Below, piece after piece: positions 63,586-64,000 of a stretch of 64,000 bases of DNA; within the stretch, counting starts at the first letter, position 1; every line of letters begins with the position of its first letter. Made by a program: the position numbers and the translations under genes. The stretch lies in contig JAAILG010001210.1 of assembly GCA_012026655.1 (NCBI GenBank), forward strand, positions 1-64,000. The letters are read 5' to 3'. This stretch comes from Hydrolagus affinis (taxonomy: Eukaryota). Below the pieces are notes generated by a model. That model saw only the letters and a list, made by a program, of their open reading frames with translations, did no database searches and was not told where the DNA came from.

Positions 63586-63724
63586 CTGTGAGGACAAACA
63601 CGCTGTCAAAACTCTTCTCTAATTTGCTCAGAAGGACAGAAAGAAAGCAGTCAGAGGAAAGCCCTCCAATGTCTTGTGTGCATTGGTCATACACCATCAC
63701 ATCCTGCTTGCTATCGATCTCGAT
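63586..63724 (-). CDS. DUSP16: DUSP16 rhodanese/MAPK-binding domain exon (IEIDSKQDVMVYDQCTQDIGGLSSDCFLSVLLSKLEKSFDSVFVLT); upstream exon(s) outside window
   Basis: Acceptor ttacag|ATC, donor ACAG|GTAAGA. 139 nt, phase 0-1. Matches recalled VVVYDQ..SSDCFLTVLLGKLEKSF. Confidence 0.94.
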
Positions 63725-63867
63725 CTGTAATGCCAATGAAGGTGAAATGATCAGTACAATACGCACAATAAAGCTAATGCAGTTTTACCTTAATACGTAA
63801 TTTAATTCATTTTTTGAAATAAACATGAAAAACTGTCGCTGCTGCAAAAAGTTGGAAGGATCAACCA

Positions 63868-63966
63868 CAGAAATATACAGTCAATTCACTTTACAGCATA
63901 TTCTATGAAGCGCTTTGAGATATCTTGAAGACGTGATAAAGCACTATATCAAATGCAAGGATCATT
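63868..63966 (+). mobile_element. SINE 3' tail fragment
   Basis: AAATATACAGTCAATTCACTTTACAG..CACTATATCAAATGCAAGGAT. Confidence 0.8.
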
Positions 63967-64000
63967 CTGCTTCACTGGTACATCTCTGTCTGATACCAAT

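Noticed and set aside
1-64000. A novel multi-gene system (defence island, operon, CRISPR-like locus)
   Set aside because: All credible coding sequence is explained by BORCS5 and DUSP16 exons and decayed LINE fragments. Nothing supports an additional gene system.

Overview
This is vertebrate genomic DNA, not prokaryotic. The repeat content (Deu-domain-like tRNA SINEs, L2 and CR1 LINE ends, a Penelope-type end) suggests a cartilaginous fish, which is an inference. The window holds two convergent genes. BORCS5 (myrlysin/LOH12CR1) is complete on + with four coding exons (2832-2889, 4377-4523, 17395-17552, 39647-39880; 597 nt, 198 aa) and a probable non-coding first exon ending at 371. The last five coding exons of DUSP16 (MKP-7) are on - (63586-63724, 50467-50630, 49411-49570, 47834-47957, 44162-45371); its N-terminal exon(s) lie beyond the window. 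All coding-exon splice sites are GT-AG and the phases join in frame. The introns are dense with SINEs, LINE fragments and non-autonomous DNA transposons (hAT with 8-bp TSDs, Tc1/mariner-pogo with TA TSDs), and there is a 100-N gap at 37131-37230. Almost all other ORFs in the track are spurious. I found no convincing new multi-gene system. The best leads are: an inverted pair of young hAT MITEs bracketing a symmetric BORCS5 exon, a minimal hammerhead-like motif in a DUSP16 intron, a tandem pair of perfect NF-kB sites, a 75-nt pre-miRNA-like hairpin, a locally templated insertion, Tc1/mariner excision footprints, and the apparent absence of the ERK Ser-Pro site in DUSP16. Repeat boundaries are approximate unless TSDs are quoted.
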